Assembly: GCA_026936335.1 (NCBI GenBank) | Contig: JAPMXV010000004.1 | Location: 248,001 to 312,000, forward strand | Length of the DNA: 64,000 nucleotides | Direction of reading: 5' to 3' | DNA from: Mantamonas sphyraenae STR306 | Lineage: Eukaryota; Protista; CRuMs | In this document: in pieces, positions 48,410 through 58,639 of the stretch | Layout of the letters: every line of letters starts with the position of its first letter | How positions within the stretch are numbered: position 1 is the first letter of the stretch | Notes under the pieces: model-generated | Told to the model about the DNA's origin: nothing | Databases searched by the model: none | What the model saw: only the letters and a program-made list of their open reading frames with translations | Program-made: the position numbers and the translations under genes

Positions 48410-51400
48410 TCACTCTTTGCCGTTGTCATCGTAGTCATCATCGTCACCGTCCTCGTCGCCCCCGCACATGCCTCTGTAGTCTTTCCTCGTTTGTCGCGTC
48501 CTTCCCCCGTTCAAGATGTTGCGTTCATCTATTCCGTCCATGTTGACAACACCGTCGCAGTCGTCACTCCGTTTCTGGGTATCATGCCGCTTGCCTTGTC
48601 TTCGAGCCTTCTTCTTGGTGCTTGCAGATGATCTGCTGCTTGTGGCTGAGCTGCTGCTTGTGGCTGAGCTGCTGCTTGTGGCTGAGCTGCTGCTTGCGGC
48701 CGAGCTGCTGCTTGTGGCCGAGCTGGCCTGCTTTTCAGACGTAAACGCTTTCGGACGCATTCCACACACAACCCTTGAGAGAAAGATGACAGCAATGGCG
48801 TGCGCACTGTTCGTGTCTCTGTGGAATGGTACGTTGGATGCAGGCAGTGAAGCAGCAGCGAACGCGTGTGCCTTTTGCGATGCTGCCTCTGTTGGCACGC
48901 CACACTTGCATACCTTTCGGCGTCCAAACGGTGCGTAGGACTCCGAGAATTCGTGAAAGTCTGCCTTGCGCAAGCACACACTGCATCTCTGAGTCGTCCC
49001 AGTCTCATTTATCACAAAAGTGGGCATCAGATTGGCGAGTTGCCGAGCAGCTTTGCTCACCGTGGCAGGTCCTCCACCGGTCCAGTTTCCAAGGACTGCA
49101 GCTTGGTACTTGCACCCCTTTATGGTCGCAAACAAGCCCAGTTCCCTAGCTTCTTGGTTCTCAGCGGTCCTTGCCCGTGCCTTCATCAGCGCGGTCGCTC
49201 TCCTGTGCTTGCTTGTGTTTACCATGGCGTCGTCTTGCGCGTGTGCATTCACTGCGTGTCTGCCTTGCTGTGCTTGGATCTGGTAGTTGCTGTGCCTGCC
49301 ACTTGCATACGAGTAACCCAACAAAAATTTACCCATTCGCGTTTCGCGCTCCTGTTCACCAGCAAGCACAAACAGCCTCGTGGTGTCGGTTGTGGCACCC
49401 GGGTCTCTCAAACTGATCGCCATTTCCTCCAACAACTGTACCGTCAGCTGCTCGTACGCACCGTTGCTCGGTGGCCTCTGCAAATGCCCCTCTCGGAAAA
49501 CTCCCGTCAGTGGTCTCGAGGTTGGCGCACTATGGTGTAACTGCGTCGGAAAGTTGTTGTTCACAACTCCGTCTTCGTCGTCAGCAAACACCATGCGCGC
49601 CGTGTACCACAGGCAGAAGTACCGGATCGTGGCCTTCGCTCTTTTCAGTTCACCGGTCTCTGGATCCTCCTTGTTGTCCTCCTTGTTGTCCTCGCCCTCC
49701 TCCGCGTCCAGCTCTTCGTTGTCCTCCTCGTTGTCCTCGTCCGCGTCGTCACCGTCGTCCTCAATGTCGTCCCCGTCGTCTTCCTCGACGACCAGATCCC
49801 CACCTCCGCCGCCCTTTACCTCCTTGTACGCAACCTCGATGTCCTTCAGCAGCTTCTTCCACCGGCTCTTTCGACGGTACTTGCCATGAAACACCTCCAA
49901 AAGAGTCAACTTCTTCTTGTTCCACAGCTCCCCAGGTAAGCGAAGCCTGTTCACCACGAGTGCCACGTAGCCAGGCTGCACCGTCAGCCCGCGCAGTGCA
50001 CACAGTTCTTTGTTCCGTTTGGTTGACAGCGATGGTTGCAGTAGCACCGCCCAGAACCGGTGCCTGCGTAGGCACACGCCTGACACGTTTGATTGGCTGA
50101 ATGGAGTTTGCAGCCACCTTGTCGCCTTGGTTGTCAAGGGGAACGCCGTGTGGAGAATGCGTTGTCATGCGTGAGTACATCCAGGAAAGCCATCGTGTGA
50201 GCACAACATCCTCCGTTTGCGCACTTGTTTTGCTGCATGCACGTGCGCACTCCGTCCACCGTTGCAGCCACTCATTGTCTTGCAGGATGGCGCACCGTTC
50301 GACCTCCTTCACCGTCATCTGCAGCAGATACACGCCCAATGTGCTCGACACCGTCAGTTTCCTTGTGTACGAGAAGGAATTTGCGTTGTGCTCGTTTGCC
50401 TTTTCAACCGCCGCCGCTGCAAGCAAATTCGCCCACACCACTGTGTCCATCACCGTCACACGGGACTTGCCCGCAACAAGAGTCTTCCAGACCTTCTTCC
50501 TCCTCTTGATCTCCTGCGCCAGTCGGTCCAGCTCTTCCTCCTTGCAACCCTCACCAAACACAAGCAGCTTTGTACTCTTGTTGGCAAGCAGGGTGTGCTT
50601 GAATTGCTTCTGCATATCCTCACCCAACACAGTGCCGAAGGTCTCGTGAAGCTGCTTGGTGCTGATGTCCTTGGGCATCACCGCGGCCAACATGGCCTCC
50701 ACTCTCCTGCTCGCCACAGTCGTTTTCACCATTGCCAGCACGTCCTTTGCGGCACGTGTGATCAACGGCGTCAGAGCTGCTCTCCGCACTTTGTGTAGTT
50801 TGCGGATTGCATCTGCTGTCTCGTCAGTAGGTAGGTGGAAAACGACCGGAACGGCATCGCTCGCGCCTTGGTCATCCTCACCCTCGTCCACCTCCTCCAC
50901 CTCCTCACCCTCGTCCACCACCTCCACCTCTTCCACCTCCTCACCCTCGTCCACCACCTCCACCTCTTCCACCTCCTCAACAGCCTCTGACGCCACCCAC
51001 TCCCCGGTATCCTCCGGTTCCGGCAGCTGCTGCTGCACTTTCTCCCAAACCCACCTGCCACTCAGCGTCACCGTCTCGTTCTCTGCGATGCAGGCGTCCT
51101 TGAACAACACAAGCAGGTGACGCACCAATGTTTGGTTACACAGAACACTGCCTTCAATGCACAAGGGGTCGTCCTTGGCGTCCTGCTGCTGCGGATCGAC
51201 ACGATCGGCCGCTTGCGCCGACGCCAGCATCAGCGCATCCTCCAGGTGCTCCTGCAGGAGAGCATGAAAACACGACATGAGCCATGCGTACGCCTCTTGC
51301 GCTAGCATGAGTGCTTTTTTCCCGTGTTCGTTCACCAGCAGAGCGGCCTGCGCTGCCTCAAGGTCCCCGTTCAAACCAGCAACTGTGTTCGCGAGGCCGG

Positions 51401-54219
51401 CACGCTGTCTTATGGCCTGGTCCAATTCGTGCTCACGCTCCAAGTAGCGTTTTTCACCCTCAATGAGCACTTCAAGTTCTTCGGCAGGCAGTTCCTGGGG
51501 AAAATGAACCATCTCCTCCTCCTCCAACTCCCACTTCTTTTGACTGCCTTCCCCCGCCTGTACGTCATCACCGTGGTTGTTCCACTCCACAAACATGTCC
51601 ACGAAGCCTTTCGCCACGGCGGCTGCATGCTCCCCCAGCTCAGTGCCAACAACCTCGATTGTTCCCTCTTGCGCCATCACGCGCATGTTCTCCGTGGCCA
51701 TGGCCAGGTCTTTGAACTTCTGTGCTTTGGCCGATTTGAGGAGTCGGACGTAACGCATCCACACCTGCTCCAGTTCTGATTGACGGCTGCGCACACTGGC
51801 CCACGCAATCACCACCTCGTCCTCGTCGACACTCATCTCACCTGCGGATTCTGGCTGTTCCTGCGCCATCTGGCCCGTAGAGAGTGCGTCCACCAACGGG
51901 ATGCCAGCAGCCAGGTACACGGGACGAGCCCGTCTCGCACCTCCCGCGTCCTTTGATGATCCCGTCCCCGAGGCCGTGGACATCGCGGCCGCGGCCATTG
52001 CATCCTCATCCTGAGACAACTCGTCCTGCATGCCGTATTGGAAGCAGAATTCAGCTACACGCTCTGGCATGCGCTCGTTGTTGTTGTCCGCCATGGCGTT
52101 GACCAAAACGGCCGCATCGTTGTCGACCCCTCCGAACGTTGCTGTGGTCGCAATGGCGCTTCTGCACGAGTCCATGACTTCTTCCTTCCTATCATCTTTT
52201 AGCGCCTCCATGACGGCCCGCAAGCACTTATGCAGCGGCGCAGACACGTGGTCTAAGTCGATCTTTGCCAGCGCAGCAGATGCCACGTTTGTCCACTCCT
52301 GGGCTGCAGATGCCACGTCCTGCGCGGTCGGCACATCGCACGCCGCGGCGGCTGCGCACACGACGCACACCATAGCCATCGCCCTTGCGTCGTCGTGCAT
52401 GGTGTGGCGGTGGCCAGTGCGAAGGGGGGGAGGCAACATCGCTCGGGTTGTTGCCTGGGCTGCCAGAACCACGTGAAGTTGTCCATTGCTGCTTAGCACC
52501 ATACTTCCGTCTTGTGTGGTGTGATACTCATACGTGGATTCCTCCAGGATTGTGGCCAACTCGTCCTTGTCGAGGGCCGACATCCGCTTCTCCGCAAACG
52601 GGGCAGCGAGCGTACAGGCATACAAGCGCATCCGCCGCTCTGCAGTTGAGCCACTTCGCATGGTGGTATCGAACGCCTCCCATTTCCCGTCGCTTGCATG
52701 CTGCAGCTTTGTTTCCTCGCCTTCCAGCGCCGCTGCGTCCAAACGCAGCAGCGTCTTGCCACGGCTCCATTCACGGTTGTATCCGGTCTTATCTCCTTGC
52801 ACCGCCCGTTTAAACGCATCACACGTGCGCAGCAGTGCCGAAAACAGCGCATTGGACGGTGCTTCGGTAGCGCCCAGGTCTATTGCGTCGAATTCGTCGG
52901 CAGCACTCAGCCTCCTCAGCCCAAGGAGCTTGCGGACCGTAGGTAGCGCAGCCGCGCATGTGTGCTTGGCCTTGGACAGCCGATCGTCCATGTTGCCTGC
53001 CAGTGCAAGCAGGGCCAGGGCCAAGCGCGCAGGCTGGGGAACGATGAACGTCTTTGCCGTTGTCCACGAGACCACTGCGATTTCCATGCTCACCTGGGGT
53101 GCCATGCGCATGTAATCGCTGTCTTCGCTTATGACCACGATACGCTCGTCCGAACAGGACATACACAGGTCCTGGAACACATCGTCCGCCTCGAGTCTTT
53201 GATGCCCGTGCTTCTCTTCATAGACGCAGATGCCATCTCTACTAGCACACCAGCTGGTTGCCACCTTGCGCACATGCTCCCAGTAAACGGCACTGCCGTA
53301 CCTCATCTCGTTCTGGTGACCACGGTCGGTGTGAGTTTCACATATCACAAATTCACAATCACCGAGTCGGGGACGTCTCTCCGGCAGCCACTCACCCTCT
53401 CCTCTGTTGGGCGCCCGTATTCCTCTTTCAGCATTTGCTTCCTCCAATGGGGCCATTTGACATGCTGAAACTCCGTCAGAAGAGCCTCGTTCCTGGGGCG
53501 TCTCTCGAGCAGCAGAACGAACTCTGTGTTTGCCGCCTGTGCAGTGGATTGCAGCAGCTGCAGCCGCTTCTCAACCGCTTCTTTCACCTTGTCCTTGGTG
53601 ATTTCACCCCCCCTTTTGCGCAACCGTTTCCCGAACAGCGCCTGCGGCCCAACTGTGGTTTGCACGTTTTTTTTTTCGCGTGTGATCATGATCACGAAAA
53701 ACAAACGTGTGTGTGTCAGAAACGGCCGTTTACCGCACGATACAGAAGGTGTGGTGACAAATACAATGACACGGGACACTTACTACGCCCAGCTGCATCC
53801 ATGTACGTCGTTGTTCGTGCCCCGGACTCTCCATCCGTGTTGTGGGCGCTGCGAATGGCGGCGATTCTGGCCTGCTGGTCTACCACGGCCTTATTCTTCC
53901 CCTTCTTTGTTCGTTTCGTACGCGTAGTGTGCAAGCACACCTGACCACCCGCATTCTTCACTTCATTGCGTAATCTGCTCTTGCCCTTGCTCCCTTGTTT
54001 CCACTCGCAGGTGCCGTAGTACTCCGTGAGCGTCTGTGTGCACTTGTTGTCAAAGAGAATGAGCTGATCCTTCTTCTCTGTAGTGGCCACAAACGTGGGT
54101 GCGTCCTTTGGTACGTGCAACCCACCCGCCTGCTGGTCAGAACTGTTCTGCTCCGTCGCGAAAGATGATGCGACAGACATTCGAACTTCGGCAGCAGGCG
54201 GGTGTTTCCTTGCATCCAT
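48410..54219 (-). CDS. PIN(XPG/FEN1-like)-Fanzor/TnpB RuvC-CHZ fusion, ~1,860 aa; exons 54219-53784, 53652-53396, 53312-48410 with one +1 break at ~49930-50165
   Basis: RuvC-I LRDPG, VLGNW, RuvC-II VINETGTTQRCSVC, CKC, RuvC-III HRDTNSAHAI, RPKAF; PIN YMDA..LLE..K..EADD..ISEDSDY..LAGNMD; both introns (GTAAGT..CAG, GTGAGT..CAG) join in frame. Confidence 0.75.
48633..48725 (-). repeat. 18-bp tandem repeat x~5 (SSA[T/A]SS linker)
   Basis: ctgctgcttgtggctgag units. Confidence 0.9.
50876..50978 (-). repeat. 36-bp tandem repeat (EEVEEVEVVDEG) x~2.7
   Basis: Repeated ccacctcctcaccctcgtccaccacctccacctctt. Confidence 0.85.
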
Positions 54220-55064
54220 GTTCGACTCGATTCCTTCTTCACTTCAGCATGGGCAACATGTCTGCACATTAGCAACAGCAAGCGCCTTGGCAGGGTGAGG
54301 CCTGCGAGTTGCAGAGGCCTTTCAGTCCATTGCGCGTGTGCGCATGAACTGCGCACACATGCACAGAGAGATGTACAAGGACACAGACCGAGCCACTGAG
54401 ACACAGTGTGAGACAAATCCACCATACATCCTTCCAAAACAATAAGCTACGGCATACCGCTCCCGAATCAGTGATTTGCGTTCGTGTAGCCTACGGAGCT
54501 GAGGAGCATGGCCCAGGAGCTGATCCACATACCGAGAACAGGTCAGCATCACTCCCAGTACAAAGCCCGCTACGGTGGATACATGCTTCCGCAGAACACG
54601 CACATCACTTTGAGTTGGTGGAAAGGTGTTGGGAGGTGAACTGGACTGACGGGTGGGGGCACGCTGCCATGCCATGCTGTGCTTCTTCCTCACTCCAGCC
54701 TGAGTCCAACTCGCATGCATGTACCACACAGTGTGGTGCGTCACTCTCGCTAGCTCAACTCTACTTCACGCTGTCCACGTCACGTGTCGCCGGCCTTCCT
54801 GGATAAGGGCAAAACGTTGCCCACGCAAGTGCACCAACCAATGACACAAGCAATATGGAAGGGCATTGTTGTGTGCAAACGCATGCCTTGCCAAAAAAGG
54901 AGTCAGCAATCGCCACATTGGCAGCGAGCGGGATTGCGGCGCAAGGCTCAACTTGACCAGAACGGCCTGTAAGTGGAAGTGGGTTTGCGTCTCCTGGCGC
55001 AGCAGTATTAATAGGCATTCCAATTTTGAACAACCCGTCTGGCCCCCCCTTGTGGCATACAGAG

Positions 55065-55431
55065 ATGGTGGAGGCGACAGAGGGACTGTTGCTGGAGATG
55101 TAAGTATCCCTGTTGGGGAGGAGAGCGGGCGAAGGGTCGATGCTCGAACAACCACCGCGGGCGCGGGCTCACAACGTGAGAGTGCAGGGACGAAGCGATG
55201 AAGACGTTCCTGGTGTATGTCAACAACACGGAGGACTACAAGTTCATTTTGGCAGACGTGGACGAGACCCGGCTGTTTGTGGAGGAGGAGTCGCTGAACT
55301 ACATCCAGGGCAAGATCGATGAAGCGCAGGATGAAAACAACGCAGACCTGGGGGGCCTGACGGTGGCAAGCACGTCGAGCAGCAGCAGCAGTAGTAGCAG
55401 CAGCGGCCAACGGGGGGCGAACAAGAGGTGA
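55065..55431 (+). CDS. GTF2H5: TFIIH subunit TFB5/TTDA; intron 55100-55187
   Basis: Spliced MVEATEGLLLEMDEAMKTFLVYVN..FILADVDETRLFV. Confidence 0.85.
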
Positions 55432-55487
55432 ATGTGTGTGGATGGGCTGGAGGAATGAAAAACAAGCACAAAGCAGCCGAAAGCGCT

Positions 55488-55907
55488 CTACTTTGTTTTC
55501 TGAACCGATGCGTTACGGCGTGCGGCCTCTTGCAGGATCTCAGTGTCCACCTCGTTGGGGTCGAGATGGACGTAACGGACAGAGGAGCCACGGATGAAGC
55601 AGTTCTTGACGCTCATCTGTGCGCGGGCATAGGCGAAACGGTGGAGGGTGGGGTCGGGGTGGCGAGTGTCAGCACGCAAAGAGGTGCGTAGAGCGCAGCC
55701 ACAAGGTGGCCAGGGTTCAGGACAGGTGTGGGGCGCAGTGCGTACCATATGCGGGTAGCTTTCCTCGTCGGCAACGCGGATGTCGTCCAGCTTGATGTTG
55801 AGGAACTGGTCGACGGAATGCAGCTTGCCGGTGATGGTCAGCTCGTTCTTGAGCTCGACCGTCAACTCCTTGCCCACCATGGTCTTGAAGAAAGAATAGA
55901 ATACCAT
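55488..55907 (-). CDS. LSM2: U6 snRNA-associated Sm-like protein LSm2, one intron
   Basis: MVFYSFFKTMVGKELTVELKNEL..SVDQFLNIKL..YPHM|MSVKNCFIRGSSVRYV. Confidence 0.97.
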   Translation of the reverse strand: MVFYSFFKTMVGKELTVELKNELTITGKLHSVDQFLNIKLDDIRVADEESYPHMVRTAPHTCPEPWPPCGCALRTSLRADTRHPDPTLHRFAYARAQMSVKNCFIRGSSVRYVHLDPNEVDTEILQEAARRNASVQKTK

Positions 55908-56052
55908 GATATGTGCGTCGGAAGGGGAGGTGTGGAGTGTCCGGAGTGTGTGTGTGTGTGTGTGCGGATGGGTGCGGCGGCGCATCGAGCGCGGTGAAGG
56001 TGCAAGGTGCTGAAGCACATGTGGGATTCAACAAAGGGTGGCCATTGAAGAC

Positions 56053-56964
56053 TCATTTGGCCGTGGTATGCATTGATGTGGCGTCGCCGTCGTCCTGTTC
56101 GTCGTCCTGGTCGTCGCGACGATCTTTGTCGGCCAGATCGAGGACCCATTGCTCGACTGTGGCCACGAGATCCATGAGGGTGCGTTCTGTGGTCCAGAAA
56201 TGGTCCGCATCGGCAATTATTTCGCACTGCTTGGGATGTGCGGTGGCGTCGTCGTCGACAAACTCTCGTGCTGTGTCGGTTCCGGTAAACTGGTCGCCAT
56301 TTCCCCAGATGAACAGTTTGGACACGGCCACGGATTGCATGTCCTGCATACGGCTGTTGTGCCAGAGCACCCACTGTACAAGGGAGCCCATGGGGTAGGA
56401 AATGGCCACGTAGCCGGCGAGGATGTCCGGCAGGGCCTGCTGGAGCTCAGGCAGGGCTGCGCCAGAGACAACAGACCCGAAGCTGTATCCAACGACAAAA
56501 AGCTTGTCGATGGGAGCGGCCATGGTAGGAGATTCTGTGAGGGTGGCGCCGTCGGGAATCTCACGCTCGACTTGGTTGCCCTCGTCGTCCTGCAACTGGA
56601 CGTGGATGTCGCTCCAGTGCTGGGCGGTGTCGACGAGCCAGCGGGCTGCACACAGCAGGTCTTCCTTCTCGCTGACACCGCGTATGCTGGGGCTGCCTGA
56701 GGAGCCGCCGACGCCGCGGAAGTTGAAGCGCAGGACGGTGCAGCCCTGGTCCACAAACTGCTTGCACAGGTACGAGACGACGTGGTTGTGCATGTTTCCT
56801 CCCAGCATGGCGTGTGGATGGCACACAATGACCCCCACGGTCTCGTAGTGGTCTTGGCCCCACCAGACCTCTGCCTCCAGGCTGTGTGATCGGTCGACGT
56901 CAATGTCGATGTTGCCCTGCGGGAACTGGGCGGTGTCACCGTCTGCAGGGCCCTTTGTGGACAT
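56053..56964 (-). CDS. Alpha/beta hydrolase
   Basis: HPHAMLGGNMHN, RFNFRGVGGS, GYSFG nucleophile, GNGDQF, DHFW. Confidence 0.9.
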   Translation of the reverse strand: MSTKGPADGDTAQFPQGNIDIDVDRSHSLEAEVWWGQDHYETVGVIVCHPHAMLGGNMHNHVVSYLCKQFVDQGCTVLRFNFRGVGGSSGSPSIRGVSEKEDLLCAARWLVDTAQHWSDIHVQLQDDEGNQVEREIPDGATLTESPTMAAPIDKLFVVGYSFGSVVSGAALPELQQALPDILAGYVAISYPMGSLVQWVLWHNSRMQDMQSVAVSKLFIWGNGDQFTGTDTAREFVDDDATAHPKQCEIIADADHFWTTERTLMDLVATVEQWVLDLADKDRRDDQDDEQDDGDATSMHTTAK

Positions 56965-57047
56965 GGACGTGGACGAGTTGAGAGGAGGGAGTGAGAAAAG
57001 AGAGCCGCGCGGGAGTTGGCTGAGCCAACGCAAGACCGTCTGCTGAT

Positions 57048-58563
57048 ATGGTGAATGTGCATCGGCTGACACAGGCCTGTATACTTCTGGCCGTGCTGTG
57101 TGCACTTGCATGCAGTGCTACTGAGGTCGGCGAGCACAGACGGCGCTCTGGCAAGGTGTTTCAAATCGACGAACTGTGGTCCAGACATCCGGACCTGCGT
57201 GAGGGTCTGCTGGCACGCGGGTGGCGCGAAAACACAAACCACAGGCGGCGTTGGGACTTCAAATGGACGTTCAGCTTCAACGCGGCTCGTGTACAGGACG
57301 AGCGGCAGATTGTGAACCACTTTCCCGACGCAGACGATGTGTGCAGCAAGTCGGGCCTGCTGCGCACTCTGACGGCAAACACCGAGGCAGAGCGGACGTA
57401 CGCGGCAGGCAAGGCACGCGTGGATGCAGATGAGATTGCGCCACGTGCGTATCTGATCTACAACCGCACGTCGTGGCAGCTGGACGACACACGTGCGTTC
57501 CAGGCAGATTTTGCGGAAGGGCAGGCGGCGGCGGTGGCGGAGGAGGAGCATGCGTCGATGATGGCGGAGGAGGAGAGACGCGCGGTGGGCGGCAGGCAGC
57601 CACGCATCGATGGAGAGCGCAATGTGTGGATTGTGAAGCCGGCGAACCAGGCGCGTGGCGTTGGCGTGGAGTTGTTTTCGACGCTGGCACAGCTGGACGA
57701 CTATCTGCGGCGGGAGAATGACAAGCAGCCGTTTGTGGTGCAAAAGTACATGGAAAAGGTGCATTTGATCAACGGAACCAAGTACGACATGCGTCAGTTT
57801 GTGCTTGTGACCTCGCTGAGGCCCCTCACGGTGTGGCAGCTGGACGACCGCTACCTGCGCTTCTGCTCCACCCAGTACGACCTGGATTCGCAAGACAAGT
57901 TTGTGCATCTGACCAACCATCAGGTGCAGAAGGAGTCGACTCACAAGAGCGACATCCCGTTTCTGCAGTGGAGCGGGCAGCAGTTTGTATCGCACGTTGG
58001 CCAGGAGGCGTGGGCTCGCACACAGGAATCGCTGAGGCATGTCATTATCTCTGCATTGTTGGGCTGGAACAGCAGCCACCATCGCGACTACAGCTTCCAA
58101 CTGCTGGGCTTTGACGTGCTCTTTGATCGCCAACTCCAGCCCTGGTTGGTGGAGATCAATTGCTCACCGGGCACTCATCTGCTCACAGACGTGGTGCGCA
58201 AGCACCATCCTTATGCTCTCCAGTCGACCTTGGATTGTAAGTTGGCGTGGGTTGGGGGAGGTGGAGGAAAGAACACTGACACAGGCACACGCAGTGATCA
58301 TCGATTCACATGACGCTTTGCGCAAGTTGCATGAGACTGCAGGGGAGTATGTGCCAGGAAAGGTGGCGAATGAGCGTGTCGAGGCGCTGCTGGAGGACGG
58401 AATCCATCGCGGAGGTTGGGATCTGATCTACAAGGGCCCCGAGGCAGCTGCAAAGCCCGGGAGCGGACGCAACAGTCGAGCAAACAGCAAAGCAAGCAAA
58501 TTGGCCAAACTGCTGGCCGACTACGAGGCGGCCAAGGCGGCTAAAGAAGGCAGCGAGGAGTGA
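57048..58563 (+). CDS. Tubulin-tyrosine-ligase-like (TTLL3/8-type) ATP-grasp ligase with hydrophobic N-terminus; intron ~58237-58294
   Basis: VNHFP, WIVKPANQARGVG, VVQKYME, KYDMRQF, YLRF, HLTN, FQLLGFDV, WLVEINCSP. Confidence 0.9.
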
Positions 58564-58576
58564 AGTGCGGTGTGAC

Positions 58577-58607
58577 TCATTCTTCCTCAAACAGTGTGTC
58601 ACTGTCA

Positions 58608-58639
<32 letters not shown>

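Larger units (their letters stand above)
48348..54972 (-). mobile_element. Candidate Fanzor-carrying inserted element (boundaries inferred)
   Basis: Splits an otherwise head-to-head Tubby/TFB5 pair; flanked by 11-bp direct repeat GTGGAAGTGGG (48337-48347, 54973-54983); encodes a Fanzor-like nuclease. Confidence 0.5.

Noticed and set aside
48633-48725. 18-bp tandem repeats next to a Cas12-like nuclease as a CRISPR array
   Set aside because: Contiguous in-frame repeats without spacers; they encode a Ser-rich linker
54322-54744. 140-aa ORF as the element's transposase or recombinase
   Set aside because: No DDE, HUH, serine- or tyrosine-recombinase motifs; non-ATG start
48242-54907. 8-bp direct repeat GAGTCAGC (48242-48249 / 54900-54907) as a hAT-like TSD
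   Set aside because: An 8-mer match is expected by chance across windows of this size, and there are no adjacent TIRs
48271-55040. ACGGGT/ACCCGT as terminal inverted repeats
   Set aside because: Only ~6-7 bp and does not extend
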